DNA of 64,000 nt. It comes from the human T2T-CHM13v2.0 reference genome, Homo sapiens. The DNA is taken from the NCBI RefSeq assembly GCF_009914755.1, contig NC_060936.1, one strand, 5' to 3'. Below, piece by piece: positions 54,341-64,000 of this stretch. Under the pieces are notes generated by a model. The model ran no database searches and had not been told where the DNA came from. It was given only the letters and a program-made list of their open reading frames with translations. A program made the position numbers and the translations under genes. How positions within the stretch are numbered: the first letter of the stretch is position 1; every line of letters starts with the position of its first letter.

Positions 54341-54800
54341 GGTCAGCCTCGGTGGCTTGTGCCTTGTAATGCTGGAGTTTTGAGAGGCCAGTGCAGGAAG
54401 ATCACTTAAGGACAGGAGATCAAGACCAGCCTGGGTCACGTAGTGAGACCCATCTTTACAAAAAAACTTTAAATTAGTGAAGGGTTGTGGCATGCAGCTG
54501 TAGTTCCAGCTACCTGGGGGGCTGAAGCAGCAATGAGCTATGATCACACCACCGCACTCCAGCCTGGATGACAGAGTGAGATCCCGTATGAAAAAGGAAG
54601 AGGAAGAGGAAGAAGAAGAGGAGGAAGAGGAAGAGGGAGAAGGAGGAGAAGGAGAAGAGGAAGAAGAAAAGGAAGAAGAGGAGGAAGGAGGGGGAGGGGG
54701 GAGGAGAAGGAGGAAGACAAGGAGAGGAAGAGGAAGAGGAGGAAGAAGAAGAAGGAGGGGAAGGAGAGGAAGGAGAAGGAGAAGGAGACACACACACACA
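54341..54800 (+). mobile_element. Degenerate AluJ with (GAG/GAA) polypurine tail and (CA)n
   Basis: Alu to about 54589, then about 200 nt of purines. Confidence 0.85.
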
Positions 54801-54882
54801 TATTCCTAAAATAGAAATACTATCAGGTCACAATCAATTAAAGGCATCTGTGGCATTTTGTTGCCTATATCTTAAAATTACC

Positions 54883-55182
54883 TTTTTTTTTCTTTTTGAG
54901 ACAGATACTCACTTTTTCGCCCAAGCTGGAGTACAGTAGTGGTGCAATCTTGGCTCACTGCAACCTCTACCTCCTGGGTTCAAGCAATTCTCCTGCCTCA
55001 GCCTCCTGAGTACCTGGGATTACAGGCATGCACCACCACGCCCGGATAATTTTGTATTTTTAGTAGAGATGGAGTTTTTACCACGTTGGCCAGGCTGGTC
55101 TCAAACTCCTGACCTCAAGTGATCCACCTGCCTTAGCCTCCCAAAGTGCTGGGATTACAGGCATGGGCCACTGCACCCAGCT
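54883..55182 (-). mobile_element. AluS
   Basis: Full dimer. Confidence 0.93.
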
Positions 55183-55801
55183 AAAATTAACATTTTATAA
55201 ATTGTTATTCCAAGATCCTTCACAATCTGACTCCAACCTATTTCTCCAGCCTTGTCTTCTTCTACCCCTCAACAAGTGCTCGAGTTTTCCCTCATTATCT
55301 GTTCAGTAAACATGCTCTCTTGGGTATACTTTTATATAAGCTTTTTTCTCTTTCTGAAAAAAAATGTGTCATTCATACCACGATTTCAGTAGCTAAATAA
55401 CATTCATTTCATTCAGTTACTAGATATATTTCTTTGTTAGTTTACCTCCTTCCACTGTAATATAAAACTCTAGCAGAAAAGGAGCTTTGAACATTTTTTT
55501 CACCTTTATCATGTATAAGCCACAGTAATTTTGAGTCTCTAACAAAGTAATGGAATCTATAGCATAACAAATACATCTAAACATATTTTTTGAGATATTA
55601 TATTCTAAAAGTATGTTTTAATCAGCATGGTGCCAGGAAGGTGTATCTACACTGTGAGTGAATTCTTATTTCACGACAGAGACTATGTTTTGTCCTAGAG
55701 GGAAAGAATGAATCAAACAACTCTCCCTTTTGATTATTTGTAACAATGAAGCTGAAGAACTTAAACAGCACCCTTGCTTTTCTTTAACACTCATACACTT
55801 A

Positions 55802-56110
<309 letters not shown>

Positions 56111-56473
56111 TAATAAATTCATGAAATCTTGTACTGTTTTTCAAATTTATATTTTATTTAGGCAATTTTTTAAATAATGTAATATTTTTTCAGGTGGTAA
56201 ATTTCTACCACAAAAACAATTTGATGTTACTGAGATTAATTACAAATTGAAGAAACAATCAGGTGTTGTATAAAAAAATCTTACCTATGAGATATATTAT
56301 TTGATCTACAAAATAATTTGAGATTTAAAGCTATAACTAGCAAGTAGAACTTCTGAAATATAAAGTTTAATACATTATCAATAGTTTCTAACATAAGACC
56401 TTCATAAATATAAAACAACAGCTTAAATGTCTATGAAAAATCAGTATTCACAAGCATCGCCAATTATTGATAG

Positions 56474-56810
<337 letters not shown>

Positions 56811-57881
56811 TAAAACACTATTTTAACAGTTATAGTTATTTTATTTAAGTAAGCTAATTAGGCAAAAATGTGTCTTCTAGTTTTGTACATTCTAGTTGGG
56901 TTATTTCCTGTAGCAGAAATACAGATTTTTTTAATACAGATATTTTTAAAGTTACCAGTTGAAAGGAAACTGCATTCTTTCTTTTTGACTTGCAATCTCA
57001 CTCCCTAGGAGTCCTACATTTGTGCTAGAGGTGAAGTTGTTGCCAAAGCAGCCACAGCAGGGGACAGTACGGTCTAGGCTGTTCAACTGTCGAGATGCGT
57101 TTTTGTTGAACTACATCTTATTGCAAAGATTCATATGTGTCCTGCTTTACTGTTAAAATAACTTTTTCCAAAAAGAAGCAAATTATGCAAGTGAATATAG
57201 TACATTTTTTACAGTCTAGTGTGTGGCAAACTTCCACTAAAGTTTCACTAAAACACTCCTTTTACACAAACCTATTGAATAGTTACTATATTGCAGGTAC
57301 TGCTCTAGGCAGCAAACCACAGTTTCTAGGACTTAATCTCATTGTCGGCCTTTAAATTTTGCAGAGTCTCTAATGTTAAAAAAAAAAAAAAGTCACACAT
57401 TAACACATTAAGCACTTGAAAATCTCAGATGCTGAAGCCTTTGTCCTTTAGAATACACATTTTGCCTCTTTCATTATGATAACTGGTTGTATCAATCCCA
57501 ACACAAATGACAGATTCTCGGATTGTTTACTGAGAGAAGTTAGTCAAATAAGCTTCCGTCTGTTGGTTGCCAAAATATCCAGATGGCTAAATCAACCTGG
57601 TATTTAAACTTATCTTCGATTCAGCTATGGTTTCTATGTGTCTGTCTTGCTTGAGATAGATTTGAATTGCTTTAAATAAATTATCTATTTACCTTTCTGA
57701 GATGAAAATGGAAAACACTACTGTTGCAACTTAACTTCCTGGGTAGTGAAGCCTTGGTTTTAAAAACCACATAGCAGAAGAGGAATTCCCCTGTCAGGCT
57801 GGAGGGGCCTCACTAAACCATCACCACTTTGCTCCAAATTGGCCCCTAATTCTTTCCAGGGAGGTGCAGTTTGGGCCTAAA

Positions 57882-58186
57882 TTTTTTTTTTTTTTAGACG
57901 GAGCTTCGCTCTTTCACCCAGGCTGGAGTGAAGTGGCACAATCTCAGCTCACTGCAACCTCTGCCCGCTGGGTTCAAGCAATTCTCCTGCTTCAGCCTCC
58001 TGAGTAGCTGAGATTATAGGCGTGTGCCACCACGCCTGGCTACTTTCTGTATTTTTTTTTTTTCTTAGTAGAGATAAGGGTTTTGCCATGTTGGCCAGGC
58101 TGGTCTTGAACTCCCGACCTCAGGTGATCCACCCACCTCAGCCTCCCAAAATGCTAGGATTACAGGCGTGAGCCACCGTGCCCGGT
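57882..58186 (-). mobile_element. AluS
   Basis: TSD ttgggcctaaatttt. Confidence 0.93.
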
Positions 58187-59307
58187 CTTGGGCCTAAATT
58201 TTTAAAACATTCCTTGTTTGCGTTTTTCTCTCTTTGATTTACTCTCCTTTTGCAATCTGTTGTTTGAGATGCTTTATGTGTTTAAAGCTTTTAAAAATTC
58301 ACTAAAAACAAAACAGAGAAACGTAATAATGAATCATTAACTCAGAAACACATTTCTAACTGCTGTTGACATTTTTTTTTTTATTATTTCCTACTGGCTT
58401 TCTGTTCCTTCCCTTCTCTTGCTAAAACTCCAGCTAGAGTTTGTTTTAGTTGCATAAAAACTCTTCTTCAGTGAGCTTTTGCTAAGCTATACCGCTCATC
58501 TGGTCTTGATTCTGACTTTGGATATTTTGTTCATCATGGATTATTTTACATTACTTTTGGTGGTAGTAATTGCATGAAAATATCACTCACCTTGATTACT
58601 ATGCTGTTTGGCACCCCCTGAAGCTTGCCCCAATGAGAGTCCTTTACTCTCAGCACCCTAGTCCTGGCCTGATAATAAGCAACCTCAATATCTCAGTGGC
58701 GTACAAAAACAGACATGTATTTCTTGTCCTCATTACACTGAGGTTGCCTGTCCGCTGCAACTGTGCAGGGCATGGCTGGGCCCTGCTCAACTTGGTCCCA
58801 CGTGTCTTAGTCTTTCCAAAACGCGTGAGGAAGGAGTAGCCCATCTCTGAAATATTTTATTCTCACAGTGAAGTATCAAAACCGGACAGGACAATCATTT
58901 CCGTACCTTGTGATGAGTCATGCCCTGGATCTCAAAGTTTCTGCCTAGAACTGGCACCCTGTCCCTTCAGCCCAGTTTCCAAAGGCCAAAGCAGTCACAG
59001 TGGCAAGCCTGAACTCAAAGAGGTGGAGGTGTATACTCCATCTTCTGAAAGAGACAAAATATTGGAAATAGTCTGAGTTACCACACCCTACTAGTGAAAC
59101 CTGAAGTACAGGAGACATGGTGTTAAAGTCCTGGAGGCTATTCACAAGCATTCCAGTTCTACTCTCCTGAGCACGTGCTAGGATTACACTCAGTGGACCT
59201 CTTGGAAGCTAGGACTATCATTGTGGCTTACTTTAGCCAACAGAGTATAATGTAGGTAATGTGTTTCAATCCCTGGGAGAAGCCAAAGTATGATCATCTC
59301 ATTCCAT

Positions 59308-59658
<351 letters not shown>

Positions 59659-60089
59659 TAGGGAAGCTTGTGTCCAAATGGACCTCAGTCAGCCTGCATC
59701 CCTAAGTGAGAAGAACCCCCCAGCAACTCACAATGAACATGAAAAATGAGATACATAAATTTTTACTGTACTAAGTCATTGTGATTTGAGGGTTGTTTGT
59801 TGTCACAGCATAACCCAGCCCATCCTGACTAGCACATTTGGCTTTCAGGGATGCTTCCCCTCATTGTCTGGCTTATGCATTTCTAGGAAATGAAAGATAA
59901 TCACTCTTCTCTGATAGGTTAACCAATTCTTCTAAAATTAGTGGTCTGATAAGAAGCAGGAGATTTACATAGTCTCAAAGTATTTCCTTGCAATATACTT
60001 AACTAGTTATAAAGGAAAAAACATACAAGTTTACAGTTGAGAAAGCACCAACTTAACCAACTGATCAATACATTATCAGTAATGGGATA

Positions 60090-64000
<3,911 letters not shown>

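Overview
Primate (very likely human) genomic DNA. It contains one complete protein-coding gene on the + strand, RXYLT1 (TMEM5; ribitol xylosyltransferase 1, alpha-dystroglycan O-mannosyl glycan pathway, 12q14). I assembled six GT-AG coding exons by hand: 22669-22837, 23727-23882, 27678-27780, 44797-45111, 47940-48110 and 51381-51798. They total 1332 nt, giving a 443-aa type II membrane protein, driven from a CpG-island/GC-box promoter. Upstream lies a full-length RPS27 processed pseudogene (- strand). The rest is mostly interspersed repeats: about 33 Alu/FLAM/FAM copies, L1, L2/MIR, MaLR/ERV LTRs, Tigger1, Tigger3 and MER20, plus long polypurine tracts. I found no evidence of a new multi-gene system and nothing prokaryotic or CRISPR-like. 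The most interesting signals are regulatory: a TCT/5'TOP-like start motif followed by two upstream AUGs, an AATAAA inside the last codons, an unexplained 74-bp duplicated element in intron 3, an intronic Alu-tail (GAA)8, and an LTR10-borne p53-like site. Repeat family names and boundaries are assigned by eye from recalled consensus sequences and are approximate.
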